Positions 49,919 to 61,607 of a stretch of 64,000 nt of DNA are shown here, piece by piece. A program made the position numbers and the translations under genes. The DNA comes from an uncultured Planctomycetaceae bacterium (GTDB lineage: Bacteria > Planctomycetota > Planctomycetia > Planctomycetales > Planctomycetaceae), in contig CAWFGE010000017.1 in NCBI GenBank assembly GCA_963815195.1, forward strand, positions 224,001-288,000, in the 5' to 3' direction. Numbering within the stretch: the first letter of the stretch is position 1; every line of letters starts with the position of its first letter. The notes under the pieces are model-generated. The model was not told the origin of the DNA. It saw nothing but the letters and a program-made list of their open reading frames with translations, and searched no databases.

Positions 49919-50528
49919 TCACGCGGCTTGATCGTTGGCTTTTGGGGAAGCCGCGCGTTGGAGCGTGGCGTTTTGGGATTCGTAAAGTTGATCCGACAGC
50001 CCGATGTTCGAATGGCCTTTCTTTCGCATGATGGGCCGTTGGAAAAACGTGTTGTTGGGCACTTGTAAGAGCAGCCCGTCTTCGGTTTCCATCGTGGTGA
50101 ACAGCAGGTTGAAGTTGACGACCTTTGCCGTGAAAGTCATCCGGAGGGAACGCGAGCGTATCGCCGATGCGGAACGGGCGGGTGATCATCAAAATCAGCG
50201 AGCACAGCGTATTGCTGAGCACGCTCCACACGGCGACGAAGCCGATGGATACGAGCGCGAGCACGCCCGTCACCGCGGCAACGACGCTCTTCAAAATGCC
50301 CATCACCTGCAGCACCAAGAGCACCGCGGCGAAGAGCAGCAGCCAGAACAGAATCCGCCGCATCGTGGCCATCAGCCGCGCCGGCAGATAGTGGTGTTTT
50401 TCGAGCGAAGCGAGTCCCCGGCTCAGCGCCAGGTAAATCACTCCCGCTGCCGCGAGAATGCCGGCGGTCGAGGCGGAAACGTTGCCGAACTTCAGCATCA
50501 CGGCTTGGGCTTGTTCCCAATATTCCAT
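49919..50528 (-). CDS. small-conductance mechanosensitive channel (MscS) family protein; one frameshift
   Basis: 3 TM, LSNTL...RPFRIGD; removing one base from the run at 50124-26 continues GKVVNFNLLFTT...VPNN. Confidence 0.82.
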
Positions 50529-50775
50529 GATTTGCCCTCCTTGCGATTTTGCACGATTTGAACAGAGTTTCGAGGTTCCGATCGCAAAACCTTCGTTCCA
50601 AACGGCGGGGACCTTAGCAGGTATTCCGGGGCGTGTCACCAGGGCTTCGCCCGCGAGGGTTGACGCTGGGCCGGGCCAATCGCCAAGCTATCTTTATTGC
50701 CATTCGACGTTTTTTCCCGCTGAATTTCCGTCAGTCGCCCCTCGAGAACCGACGCCCGCTAGAGGACCAAGTTTC

Positions 50776-53337
50776 ATGAGCCAATTGAACCGCCGAAATT
50801 TCTTGCACGGCATGGGCGCCATCGGGACCGGCATCGCGGTTTCGGGTTCGGTCGATCCCGCCCAGGCCCAGCCGCAATCCGCCGGTCAAAGGAAGCATCC
50901 CTGGTCGCAGACTCCGGACCGGGTGTGGATCGGGCCGGAGTATTGGGCCAACCCGCTCCAAGATTGGCGAATCGCCAATGGGCGGTTGGAATGCACGAAC
51001 GCGGCGGCCAACCGCAACGTGCATTGCTTGACCCAATCCGTGGGCGAACGCCCCGGCACGTTGGATATGGTGGTGACGATTTCCCGCCCGGATGGAAAAC
51101 TGCTCAGCGATGGCAAAGGCTCCGCCGGGTTTCGCATCGGCATTCGCGGACCGCTCGAGGATTACCGAAACGCCATTGTCTTTGGCAACGGCTTGGATGT
51201 GGGTTTCAATGTTGTGGACGGATTGTTCATTGGCGGGGTCAAATCCAAAAAGCCGGCCAAGGACGTGCTCAACCGGAAGGAGATTCTTCTCTCGTTTTGG
51301 GCCCGCCCCCAGGGCAAAGCTTACACTGATTACGTCCTGAAGGCGATTGACAACGAGTCGGGCGAGATGATCGATGAGATTCAAAACGAGAGCATCTCGC
51401 CCGATCGCATCCACGGAAATCTGGCCTTGGTCAATAATCATGCCGGGGGAGGCCGGCGGGGAAATGGACCGGCCTACGGTGCGGGCAAGTTCCGATTCGC
51501 CGACTGGTTTATCACGGGCACAAAAATCGACGACCATCCCGAACGGGCTTACGGGCCGATTCTGTTTTCGCAATACACCCTAAGCGGCGGCATTCTGAAG
51601 ATGACCGCCCAGATGCCGCCGTTGGGAGATGATGATTCCAACACCGTGCGGCTGCAAATTCAAGAAGCCGGCAGCAAAGATTGGAAAACGATCGCCGAGG
51701 AAAAAATCCATCCCCAAGCCTGCACCGCGACGTTTCGCATCGCCGACTGGAACGACACACAGGACACGCCGTACCGGTTGGTCTACACGCAGAAATATCA
51801 GAGCGGCGAGACGCGGGATGACGAATGGAAGGGGACGGTCAGGCGGGATCCGGTGGATCAAGATGTGGTGACCGTGGCCGATGTATCCTGCAACATTCAC
51901 GCGGCGTTTCCGAACGACCACTACGTCAAGAATATGGCCAAGCTCGATCCCGATTTGATCGCGTTCGTGGGGGATCAGTTTTACGAAAGCACCGGCGGCT
52001 ACGGCACGCAGCGGGCTCCCTTGGACAAGGCGATCCTCGATTACCTGCGGAAATGGTGGCTGCACGGTTGGACCTGGCGGGAACTCACCCGCGATCGGCC
52101 CAGCCTGAGCATCCCCGACGACCACGATGTCTATCAAGGCAACGTCTGGGGCGAAGGCGGCGCGGGCAAGCAGCGCACGCAGGAAGCCGGGGGTTATGCG
52201 CTCCCGGCGGAGTGGGTCAACGTCGTCCACCGCACGCAGACCTCACATCATCCCGATCCTTACGATCCCCGCCCCGCCAAGCAGAATATCAGCGTGTATT
52301 TCGGGCCGATGACGTATGGGCGGTTGAGTTTCGCGATTATCGCCGACCGCATGTTCAAAACCGGTCCCGACGGCGAAGTCCCGCCCACCGGCGGCCGGGC
52401 GGACCATGTGACCGACCCAAACTTCGATCCCAAAACCGCCGACCTTCCCGGCTTGGAACTCTTGGGAGAACGGCAACTGAAGTTCCTCCGCGACTGGGCA
52501 ACGGACTGGAAAGGCGCGGACATGAAGGCCGTCGTCTCGCAGACGATCTTCGCCGCGATGGCCACCACCCACGGCGGCAACAGGCAGCGGCTCGTCGCAG
52601 ATTACGACGCCAACGGCTGGCCGCAGTCCGAGCGGAACAAGGCCCTCCAAGAAATCCGCAAAGCGTTCGCGGTGCATCTCGCGGGCGATCAGCACCTGCC
52701 CGCGGTGATTCATTACGGCGTCGATGAGTTCCGCGATGCGGGCGTGGCGTTCGCGGGGCCCGCGGTCAATGTGGGCTATCCACGCTGGTTCGAGCCGACG
52801 GAACCCGGAAAGAACCGCCAACCCGGAAGCCCCGAGAACACCGGCGATTTTCTGGACCACTTCGGGAACCCGATGACCGTGCTCGCGGTGAAGAACGGCG
52901 ATGTCAAACCGCCGGCCAAGCTTCTGGAAAACCTCGAGGGCAAATCCTCGGGCCTGGGCGTCGTTCGCTTCGACAAAAAGAACCGCGAGATCACCATCGA
53001 ATGCTGGCCGTTCTTGACGGACCCAATGACGCCGAACAGCCAATTCCCCGGCTGGCCGGTGAAGATCAAAGTCGAGGACAACTACGCCCGCAAACCCGCG
53101 GCCTATCTGCCCACGCTCAAAATCCAGGGGGCACCGAATCCCGTCGTCCAAGTCATCAACGACGGCACGGGCGAGATCGAATACACGCTGCGAATTCGCG
53201 GCAACACCTTCCGCCCGCAGGTATTCACTCCTGACGGCAGTTACACCATAAAAATCGGTGCCGAGGAACCACAGTCGCATCCGGGTTTGACCAACCTCAA
53301 GCCGGGCGGCGAACGGGTGATTGAAGTACGGGTTTAG
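50776..53337 (+). CDS. PhoD-like metallophosphatase with Tat signal
   Basis: NRRNFL; VSCN, GDQFYE, PDDHDV, LAGDQH. Confidence 0.85.
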   Translation: MSQLNRRNFLHGMGAIGTGIAVSGSVDPAQAQPQSAGQRKHPWSQTPDRVWIGPEYWANPLQDWRIANGRLECTNAAANRNVHCLTQSVGERPGTLDMVVTISRPDGKLLSDGKGSAGFRIGIRGPLEDYRNAIVFGNGLDVGFNVVDGLFIGGVKSKKPAKDVLNRKEILLSFWARPQGKAYTDYVLKAIDNESGEMIDEIQNESISPDRIHGNLALVNNHAGGGRRGNGPAYGAGKFRFADWFITGTKIDDHPERAYGPILFSQYTLSGGILKMTAQMPPLGDDDSNTVRLQIQEAGSKDWKTIAEEKIHPQACTATFRIADWNDTQDTPYRLVYTQKYQSGETRDDEWKGTVRRDPVDQDVVTVADVSCNIHAAFPNDHYVKNMAKLDPDLIAFVGDQFYESTGGYGTQRAPLDKAILDYLRKWWLHGWTWRELTRDRPSLSIPDDHDVYQGNVWGEGGAGKQRTQEAGGYALPAEWVNVVHRTQTSHHPDPYDPRPAKQNISVYFGPMTYGRLSFAIIADRMFKTGPDGEVPPTGGRADHVTDPNFDPKTADLPGLELLGERQLKFLRDWATDWKGADMKAVVSQTIFAAMATTHGGNRQRLVADYDANGWPQSERNKALQEIRKAFAVHLAGDQHLPAVIHYGVDEFRDAGVAFAGPAVNVGYPRWFEPTEPGKNRQPGSPENTGDFLDHFGNPMTVLAVKNGDVKPPAKLLENLEGKSSGLGVVRFDKKNREITIECWPFLTDPMTPNSQFPGWPVKIKVEDNYARKPAAYLPTLKIQGAPNPVVQVINDGTGEIEYTLRIRGNTFRPQVFTPDGSYTIKIGAEEPQSHPGLTNLKPGGERVIEVRV

Positions 53338-53385
53338 ACAGGTCTAAAAACGTGCCATCCAATTTCAGTAGTTCCAAAAAACGCC

Positions 53386-53458
53386 AGAGCCGCGCACGAA
53401 GTGAGCGGTATTACGATCTGTAAATTCAAAAAAAACCGCTTACTTCGTGCGCGGCTCT
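53386..53458. repeat. REP doublet, family A
   Basis: 24-bp inverted repeat 53386-53409 / 53435-53458 with one mismatch; upstream flank CAGT.GTTCCAAA shared with the 15029 copy. Confidence 0.85.
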
Positions 53459-53536
53459 TGATTTTCCGAAACTTTTGGAACTCCCTTCCTTTGTGATCCA
53501 GGCACTGTCAAAATTTAAACGCGACAGAGGATTTCC

Positions 53537-55021
53537 ATGACGGAGAAGTGTTTTTTAGGCGTGGATTTGGGAGCGGAGAGCGGCCGGGTGATGGCTGGGT
53601 TGTTCGACGGCCGGCGGATCCGCCTGGAAGAACAGCACCGCTTCCCCAACACGCCCGTATCTTTGGGCGGCACGCTGCGCTGGAACGTGCTTAGCCTCTG
53701 GTCGGAGATTCAAACCGGGCTCGCCCAGTCCGCCGCGGCGTTTGGGGATCAAATCACCTCGGTCGGCGTGGACACGTGGGGCGTCGATTATGTGCTGCTC
53801 TCCAAGACGCGGGAGTTTTTGGGGCAGCCTTGGCATTACCGGGACCGCCGGACGCAGGGGTTTCTCGACAAGGCCGTTTCGCGGGTTCCCAAGGCGGAGA
53901 TTTTTCAGCAAACCGGCCTGCAGTTCATGGAGATCAACACGCTCTACCAACTGCTCGCGATGCAGGAAGCCGACCCGAACCTGTTAGCCCAGGCGGATTT
54001 GTTTTTGATGATGCCCGATTTCTTTCACTGGTGCTTATCGGGCAGCCAGGTTGTGGAGTTCACCAACGCGACGACGACGCAGTGTTTCCACGCGACCGAG
54101 CGGGATTGGGCGGTGGACTTGCTCCGTCGGCTGGAATTGCCCGCGGGGATTTTTCCCGAAGTCGTGCTGCCGGGGACGAAGTTGGGCCGGCTCCGCGAGG
54201 AGACCGCAAAGCGGACGGGCCTTAGCCGCATCGAAGTCGTGGCCCCGGCGACGCATGACACCGGGGCCGCGGTCGCCGCCGTCCCCACCGAGAACACCGG
54301 CCGGGCGAATTGGGCCTATATCTCCTCGGGCACCTGGTCGCTGATGGGGGTGGAGACGTCCGAGGCGGTGCTCACGGACCGGGCGCTCGCGTACAACGTC
54401 ACCAACGAAGGCGGGATTGATGGGACGTATCGGCTCCTCAAAAACATTATGGGGCTCTGGCTGGTCCAGGAATGCCGGCGGTCCTGGGAGCGGTCGGGAC
54501 AAGCCGTCGATTACGGCCGGATGACCGGGTGGGCGAGCGAAGCGGAACCGTTTCGCTCGCTCTTCCATCCCGATGACGGGGCGTTTCTCAGCCCGGCGGA
54601 CATGCCCCAGGCGATCGCGGATTGGTGCGAATCGCACGGCGAGCCCAGGCCCGAGTCGCCCGGTCAATTCGTCCGCTCGGCCCTCGAAAGCCTGGCCCTC
54701 AAATACCGCATGGTGCTCGGCTGGCTCGAAGAACTCACCGGCACGCCGGTGGAGGTGATTCACATCGTCGGCGGCGGCACACAGAACGAACTTTTGAACC
54801 AGTTCACCGCCAACGCCTGCGGCCGCCCGGTGGTCACCGGTCCCGTCGAAGCGACCGTCTTGGGGAACGTGCTGGTTCAGGCCCGTTCCGCCGGGGAGAT
54901 CGGCACGCTGGCCGAGATCCGGGACGTTGTCAGAAACTCCTTCTCCCTCAAAACTTACGAACCGCAATCGGTCCCGGAATGGCAAGCCGCCTACGAGCGG
55001 TTCTGCCGGTTGAACAAATAG
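53537..55021 (+). CDS. rhaB: rhamnulokinase (FGGY family)
   Basis: [63 protein letters not shown]. Confidence 0.85.
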   Translation: MTEKCFLGVDLGAESGRVMAGLFDGRRIRLEEQHRFPNTPVSLGGTLRWNVLSLWSEIQTGLAQSAAAFGDQITSVGVDTWGVDYVLLSKTREFLGQPWHYRDRRTQGFLDKAVSRVPKAEIFQQTGLQFMEINTLYQLLAMQEADPNLLAQADLFLMMPDFFHWCLSGSQVVEFTNATTTQCFHATERDWAVDLLRRLELPAGIFPEVVLPGTKLGRLREETAKRTGLSRIEVVAPATHDTGAAVAAVPTENTGRANWAYISSGTWSLMGVETSEAVLTDRALAYNVTNEGGIDGTYRLLKNIMGLWLVQECRRSWERSGQAVDYGRMTGWASEAEPFRSLFHPDDGAFLSPADMPQAIADWCESHGEPRPESPGQFVRSALESLALKYRMVLGWLEELTGTPVEVIHIVGGGTQNELLNQFTANACGRPVVTGPVEATVLGNVLVQARSAGEIGTLAEIRDVVRNSFSLKTYEPQSVPEWQAAYERFCRLNK

Positions 55022-55265
55022 CCTGGGTTAATTGCACAGGTTGTGCCGGGGTTTCCGGTTTTGTGAAGTTTTCTGGTTGAGTTGAGTTTTTTGATTAAAG
55101 CGGATGCGCCTTCTGTGACGATGTTACCGACACGGGTTGCCGTCAGTTCCCGATGAGCCATTCACCCGAGAAATGCACAATTCTGAACAATGGCTCATCT
55201 TCGTCAGGCCGCTTTTTCGTTGTGAAGGAGCGATCGAAGCGGTTCTCAACAGGAGGAGATTTCGC

Positions 55266-56168
55266 ATGTCGCTTGTGCTGCGTAGCTTTTTGATCTTTGC
55301 CGCCATCACGTGCAGCGTTCATGAGATCGCGGAGGGCCAAACCCTTGGGTGCTTAAAGCACATCTTCTGCCACCGCTGCCGGCGGTATGACTGCGGCTGT
55401 GCCCAACCGTTGGCCGTGGCGGCTCCGCCCGCGGTCTGTGCGCCGGTCTGTCCGGTTCCGCCACCCACGCAAACCGTCGGGCCTCCTGTCGCGCAAAGCT
55501 GCGTGAAGACCTGCACCACGGTGCATCCCGTCGTCGAAACGCGGTATCGGCAGGAGAACTTCATGACCTACCGCACCGAATGCCGGACGGCGGTTCGGCA
55601 GGAAGCCTATTGCCAAACCGTTCCCGTGACGCACATCGAGAACGTGACGCGGGATGAGGGCTGCTACCAGATGGTGTGGGTGCCCAAGCCGGTCACTCGG
55701 CAGGTCTGCAAGACCACCTATCAACAACGCACGGCGTATCGCAATGTGCCTTATCAGTACCAGGTGCAGGTGCCGGAGATGAAATGCCGGGTCGTTCCGC
55801 AGCAGTCCGTGCGCTACGTGCAGCAAACCCACACCTTCGCCGAGCCGATGACGCCGATTTGTCCGCCGGTCCCGTCGTGCGCCGCCCCGGTGTTTGCTCC
55901 GGCGGCGGAAACGGCCGCCTACCCGCCGCCCATCGCACCGACCTATGCGGCACCGTCGTGTGAGGCTCCCGCGCCGGTTCCGCTGCCGGCCGGTGCGCCC
56001 GCCGCTCAAAACGGCACGCCTTGGACGCCGGTCCCCCAACGGGCGACGACCGACGCCGAGGTTCAAGGCATGAATTATCTGCCGGTCGCCGCTCGGCCTT
56101 ATGAGCAAGCCGCCTCCGCCGCGGCGCAAATCCCCTCCGCCGCAGCCGCCTGGCAAACTCGGCGATAG
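55266..56168 (+). CDS. secreted Cys/Pro/Val-rich (YTV-like) protein
   Basis: AGGAGGAG RBS; signal peptide; Tyr/Thr/Val/Cys beta-rich core (VWVPKPVTRQVCKTTY, VPEMKCRVVP); Pro/Ala tail. Confidence 0.75.
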   Translation: MSLVLRSFLIFAAITCSVHEIAEGQTLGCLKHIFCHRCRRYDCGCAQPLAVAAPPAVCAPVCPVPPPTQTVGPPVAQSCVKTCTTVHPVVETRYRQENFMTYRTECRTAVRQEAYCQTVPVTHIENVTRDEGCYQMVWVPKPVTRQVCKTTYQQRTAYRNVPYQYQVQVPEMKCRVVPQQSVRYVQQTHTFAEPMTPICPPVPSCAAPVFAPAAETAAYPPPIAPTYAAPSCEAPAPVPLPAGAPAAQNGTPWTPVPQRATTDAEVQGMNYLPVAARPYEQAASAAAQIPSAAAAWQTRR

Positions 56169-56196
56169 GCTTCCGTTTCCCTTCGCAAAAATCAAA

Positions 56197-56228
56197 GCCC
56201 CCGTGAATCCCTGAAGGTTCACGGGGGC
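56197..56228. terminator. intrinsic terminator between convergent genes
   Basis: 11-bp stem GCCCCCGTGAA / TTCACGGGGGC. Confidence 0.7.
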
Positions 56229-56269
56229 ATTTCGGTTTTGGGATTTGCCGACAAAAACGTGCCGGACGG

Positions 56270-56698
56270 CTACTCGTCGCGGGTGTGGATGAACAGCGCT
56301 TTCTTCTGGCCGGGCAACGTAAAATCAAACCCGCAGGAGCGAAAGAAGTCTTCGTTGGCGGTGATCGCCATGACTTCCAGCACATTCAAATCGTGGGCGA
56401 GTTTTACGCAGGATTCAACGAGCTTTTTGCCCACGCCCTTGCCGCGAAGCTCCTCCGCGACGGCGAGGCTGCGGACCTCGGCGAGCTTTTTGGAATACAC
56501 CTCGAGGGCTGCGAACCCCACGATGTCCCCCGCATGATCGGCCACGAATCCGCGCGGGAGCAAGGCATCCAGTTCGTCGATCGTCCGTGGCAAGAGCTGC
56601 CCGGCTCCCACGAACGGTTGAATAAACGCATCCAGCGCATTCAAATCCCGCGACTCGGCCGGCCGCACGATGACATCCGCAGGAGAAATCTCACTCAT
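56270..56698 (-). CDS. GNAT N-acetyltransferase (short ArgA-like)
   Basis: LLPRT, AEVRSLAV, acetyl-CoA motif RGKGVG, FF..CGF. Confidence 0.85.
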   Translation of the reverse strand: MSEISPADVIVRPAESRDLNALDAFIQPFVGAGQLLPRTIDELDALLPRGFVADHAGDIVGFAALEVYSKKLAEVRSLAVAEELRGKGVGKKLVESCVKLAHDLNVLEVMAITANEDFFRSCGFDFTLPGQKKALFIHTRDE

Positions 56699-56743
56699 CA
56701 AACAACACAGCCAATCTCGGAAAGAAAACACGACGAGCGGTTT

Positions 56744-56817
56744 GGGTGGCACGCCCTGAGGTACGAAGGGCGTGGTCCTTGCGATTGCCACGCCCTTCGC
56801 TCAGGGACTTGCCATCC
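56744..56817. repeat. palindromic REP-like doublet, family E
   Basis: GGGTGGCACGCCCTGAG..CGAAGGGCGTGG ... CCACGCCCTTCGCTCAGGGACTTGCCATCC; only copy in the window. Confidence 0.55.
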
Positions 56818-56843
56818 GAAACCGAACTCGTTTCTCGAAAAAA

Positions 56844-57254
56844 TCAGGCGGACGTGGGGGGCGAGCAGAGTTCGACGATGTGGCCGTCGGGATCGAACAC
56901 GAACACCTGGGCCGCTCCGTCCGGGCGGGCTTTCGTGCGGGAGACGAACTCGTAGCCCAATTCCTCCAATCGCTGTTCCGCGGCGTGGGCGTCGGCCACT
57001 TGAAACGCAAAATGATGAGCCCGCGAGGACCGGCCCATTTCGCCGGTCATCCCCGCCGGGCCGGATTGCTCGTGCTCCAGGATCAGATGAATCTGCGTGT
57101 CCCCCGCCTGGAACCACCGCCCGTCGAACGAAAACCCCGGCCGAGGCACCTGCTGCATGCCCAATCCGTCCACATAAAACCGCCGGCTCTTTTCCAGATC
57201 CTTCACCACAATCGTCACATGATCCAACGACTTGACTTTGATTGCCTCTGCCAT
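56844..57254 (-). CDS. VOC (glyoxalase) family protein
   Basis: LDHVTIVV.DLEKS..FY, HHFAFQV, DPDGHIVE. Confidence 0.92.
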   Translation of the reverse strand: MAEAIKVKSLDHVTIVVKDLEKSRRFYVDGLGMQQVPRPGFSFDGRWFQAGDTQIHLILEHEQSGPAGMTGEMGRSSRAHHFAFQVADAHAAEQRLEELGYEFVSRTKARPDGAAQVFVFDPDGHIVELCSPPTSA

Positions 57255-57304
57255 AGCTGCTCTCTGAGAACTGAATAAAAGGTTTCCTCAAAACATGTTT
57301 TTTC

Positions 57305-57478
57305 AACCACGAAGACACGAAGGACACAAAAAGAAATGTATCCCAATAAGGATTTCGGGAACACTAATCTTCACTAATAAACACTAATAATCGGAATGAA
57401 TCCAATTAGTGAAGATTAGTGAGAATTAGTGTTCCTTCCTTTTGCCTTTTTTCGTGTTGTTCGTGTTTTTCGTGGTCC
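57305..57478. repeat. nested inverted arrays of 9-mers
   Basis: Outer CACGAAGA-type / TTCGTG-type arrays; inner CACTAAT x3 / ATTAGTG x3. Confidence 0.7.
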
Positions 57479-57487
57479 CTTCTCTTC

Positions 57488-58619
57488 TTACGAAGTGCGA
57501 ATCGGGTCGCCGATTTTCCAGTTTATGCCGTCGCGGATCACGTGCCGATACAGCGTATCCCGTTCCACCGGTTCGCGGCCGGCTTCGCGGATCAGGCGGT
57601 GGAGTTGCTCGACCGTCAGACCCTGCGGCGTCTCGGCCCCGGCGTCGTGATAGATGATTTCATGCACCACGGTGCCGTCGATGTCGTCCGCCCCGAAGCT
57701 GAGCGCGACCTGGGCGGTCTTTTCGCCGAGCATGATCCAATAGGCTTTGATGTGGTCGAAGTTGTCGAGCATGATCCGCGAGAGGGCGATGATCCGCAGG
57801 TCCGTGAGGCCGCTGGCCTTGGGGATGTCGGCCATCCCGGTGTTCTCGGGGTGAAACGCGAGCGGGATAAACGTCTGAAACCCGCCGGTCTCATCCTGGA
57901 GGTCCCGCAAGCGGCCGAGATGGTCCAGGCGATGCCGGCCGTTCTCGATGTGCCCGTAAAGCATCGTCGCGTTCGTGCGAAGGCCCATTTCGTGAGCGGT
58001 GCGGTGGACATCAAACCATAACTCGGCGTCGGCTTTGTGCTCGCAGATTTTCTCGCGGACTTCGGGATCGAAAATCTCAGCCCCGCCGCCGGGCATGCTG
58101 CCCAAGCCGGCTTCGATCATCTGTTCCAGGACCCAGCGGATCGGTTTTTTCGTCATGTAGCTGAACCAGCCGATCTCCACCGGCGTCCAGGCTTTGATGT
58201 GCAGCTCCGGCCAGGTCTCGCGGATCATGCGGATCACGTTGACGTACCAATCGAACGTCTTCAGATGATGCAGTCCCCCCACGACATGAATTTCCGTCGC
58301 CCCCTTCGCGCGGGCTTCCTCCACGCGGGCCCGGATCATCTCGTCGTCGAAGGTGTAGGCTTTTTCCGAACGCAGGTCCGCCCGGAATGCGCAAAAACGT
58401 GCACCGATACACGCAGACGTTTGTGGGGTTTAAGTGGATGTTGGTGTTGTAATAGGCGTTGTTGCCGTTCTTTTGCTCGCGGACCACGTTCGCCAACCGG
58501 CCGAGCGTCAAAATGTCCGCGTGGTCGTGCAAATACAGGCCTTCATCCAGGCTGATCCGCTCGCGGGCGTGGATCTTCTCGGCGATGTGTTCGATGGGAG
58601 ATGCGGTGGTAACGGACAT
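57488..58619 (-). CDS. mqnE: aminofutalosine synthase (radical SAM); one frameshift
   Basis: Removing one base from the A-run at 58393-97 restores CVYRCTFCAF; HVVGGLH, MPGGGAEIF, NATMLYGHIE, FIPLAFHP, HIKAYW. Confidence 0.88.
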
Positions 58620-58914
58620 GGGTTTCCGTTTCAGGTTGCAAGTTTCAGGTTTTTGGTGAGGCGGGGAAGCGGCCGGATAAAGGAATCTTCCGTCCTTTGT
58701 TCTCGTTAACTCACGGGATTTTAGTCGACCCGGCCCGCTGCGGCCACCATCACGCGAGATTGAGCTTTGGGCAACTGAGGAAATCTCTGACAGGACGAAA
58801 AGGAATCTCCTCCAGCTTTTAGAATGCTCGCAGCCCTTGCGTTGGCGGAAGGATTTGATTTAGCTTATTCATCAGGAGGCACTCATTCCAACATGGGAAG
58901 GATTGTGCTTGCGT

Positions 58915-61607
58915 ATGCCAAACAACTGTCCGGTCCGTTTTCGGAGACAACCGGCGCGGTCGCCATTACTCAATAATCCGTTCGCCTCATCAAACATTAA
59001 CCGCGCCCACACTCCCCATTCCCACCCCGGAACACCGGCAGGTCTCGCAGTCCGCCTCGTGGCGGGCTTGGTGTGTCTTTTTCTTTTTGCCGGCCCAACA
59101 TTCGCTGCAGACATCGAAGAGGCCGAGGAATTGTTCCGCACCGGCAAATTCGCCGAGTGCGTCGCTCTCACCGGAAAAGCGATCGAGGACGGGGATTTCT
59201 CGGAAACCTGGCGGGAACTGCGGATTCGCTCCCAAATGGCGCAGGGGCAGTATGCGGACGCCCTCAAATCGTTGGATGAAGCGCTTAAGCGATTTCCCAA
59301 CAGCATCCGCCTCCGCTGGCTCGGCCGGGACGTGCACCGCTTTAGCGGCGACTCGATGCCGCGGAAAAGACGCTCAAAGAAATCGGCCAGCGGATCGAAA
59401 CGTCTCCCTTCCTCTACCGCGATGCGCTCGACACGATCGTCATCGGCAAATTCTTTCTAGAGCAGGGCGAAGACGCCAAGCAGGTTTTGGTCAATATCTA
59501 TAAGAAGGTCCAAGCATCACATCCCACGTTGCCGGACGGGCACATCGCGGCGGGCGAGTTGGCCCTCCAAAAACAAGATTACGCCCTGGCCGCGGCGTCG
59601 TTTCAAAACGCCCTCAAGCTCGACGAGAAGAACCCCGACACCTATTTCTCGCTGGCGGAGGCGTTTGCGTCCGGCGAATCGGAAAAAGCCGACGCGGCGC
59701 TTCAAAAATCGCTCGAGATCAATCCCCGGCACGTGCCCAGCCTCTTGTATCTGGTGGATGACCACATCGACGCCGAGCGCTACGAGATGGCGGAGACTTC
59801 GCTCGAATCGATTCTCAAGGTCAATCCGCGCGAGCCGTCGGCGTGGGCATACAAGGCCGTGCTCGCGCATTTGCAGCACGAGCCGAAAGCCGAGGTGGAA
59901 GCGCGGGCCAAAGCGCTTTCGACCTGGAAAGCCAATCCGAAAGTGGATCACCTCATCGGCAAGAAGCTTTCGCAGAAATACCGCTTCGCCGAGGGCGAAG
60001 TCTATCAGCGGCGGGCCTTGGCGTTCGATGCGACCTACCTCCCCGCCAAGATGCAGTTGGGGCAGGATTTGCTCCGGCTGGGCAAAGAAGCCGAGGGCTG
60101 GAAACTCGCCGAGGAAGTCTTCGAGGCGGACCCTTATAACGTCATGGCCCACAACCTGGCGACGCTCAGAGATCGCTTGAACAAATTCACGATCCTCATC
60201 GACCACGGCTTCGTGGTGCGGATGGACTCGGTCGAAGCGAAAATCTACGGCCAGCGGGTGCTGGAGTTGCTCAAGGACGCCAAGGAAAAACTCTCTCAAA
60301 AATACGACACGAAACTCAAAGAGCCCATCTACGTCGACATCTACCCCCGCCAGCAGGATTTCGCCATCCGCACCTTCGGCATGCCCGGCGGGGCGGGATT
60401 TTTGGGCGTGTGCTTCGGGCAGGTCGTAACCATGAACAGTCCCGCGGCCCAGGGATCTTCGCCTTCCAATTGGGAATCGGTCTTATGGCATGAGTTCTGC
60501 CACGTGGTCACTTTGACCAAAACCCATAACCGCATGCCCCGCTGGTTGAGCGAAGGCATTTCAGTTTACGAAGAACGCCAGGCCGACCCCACCTGGGGAC
60601 AGCCGCTGACGCTCAATTTCCGCAAGATGATTCTGGAGGGCGAACTCACGCCGGTGAGCGGATTGAGCGGCGCGTTTTTGCATCCCAAATCCTCGCTGCA
60701 TTTGCAGTTTGCGTATTACGAATCCGCGCTGGTCGTGGAGTATCTGATCGAGAAATTCGGGCGGGAGACGCTCAATCAAATCCTCGCCGATTTGGGGCGG
60801 GGCCTGACGATCAACGATTGCCTGGACCGTTCCACGGGTTCCTTGGAAGCTTTGGATAAAGACTTTGAAGCCTATGCCAAGTCGCGGGCGGAGAGCCTCG
60901 CCAAGGGTGCGGATTTCACCGATCCCGAACTGCCTCGCTCCGCCGATGAAGCCGAGATCAAAGCCTACCTCAAGGAGCATCCCAACAACTTCCCGGCCCT
61001 GCAAAAGTACGCCAAGAAGCTGATTGCCGCCAAGAAATGGGACGAAGCCAAAAAAGTTCTCACAGAACTCCATGCGCTTTATCCGCAGTACATCGGCTCG
61101 GACAGCGCGCTGAATTTGTTGGGGAGGATTCACCGCGAACTCGGCGAGACGGAACAAGAACGAGCCGCGCTTTCCCAGGTCGCCGACTTGGAAGATGACG
61201 TGGTGGATGTGTACCTTCGGCTCGCGGAGATTTGCGAAGCGAACCAGGATTGGCCCGGCGTCGTCGCTTACTCGCAGAAGGCGCTCGCGGTCAATCCGCT
61301 CATCAAACCGCCGCACCGGTATTTGTCCGCAGCCGCTGAAAAAACAGGCAACGATTCCCAGGCGATCGCCAGTTTGCTTGCGCTTGCGGAAATGGAACCG
61401 ATCGACCCGGCGGGCCTTCATTTTCGCACGGCCCGGTTGCTCAAACGCACGGACCAACTCGCCGAAGCCCGCCGGCAAGTGGTCAAAGCCCTCGAAGAAG
61501 CCCCCAGGTATCGGGCGGCACATCGTTTGCTTCTGCAGATCGCCCAAGCGGAACACCAGGCAGAGAAGACATCCCATTCCCCCGCGATTGCGGAGAAACA
61601 ACCGTGA
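58915..61607 (+). CDS. TPR-repeat protein with central peptidase MA-like (gluzincin) domain; one frameshift
   Basis: ORFs 58903-59460 and 59487-61607 join near 59352; HEFCH...PRWLSEG; many TPR helices; start uncertain. Confidence 0.85.

Noticed and set aside
58390..58400. Programmed frameshift or phase variation in mqnE
   Set aside because: A 5-base run with no stimulatory structure noticed; one of eleven similar indels best explained as sequencing error.
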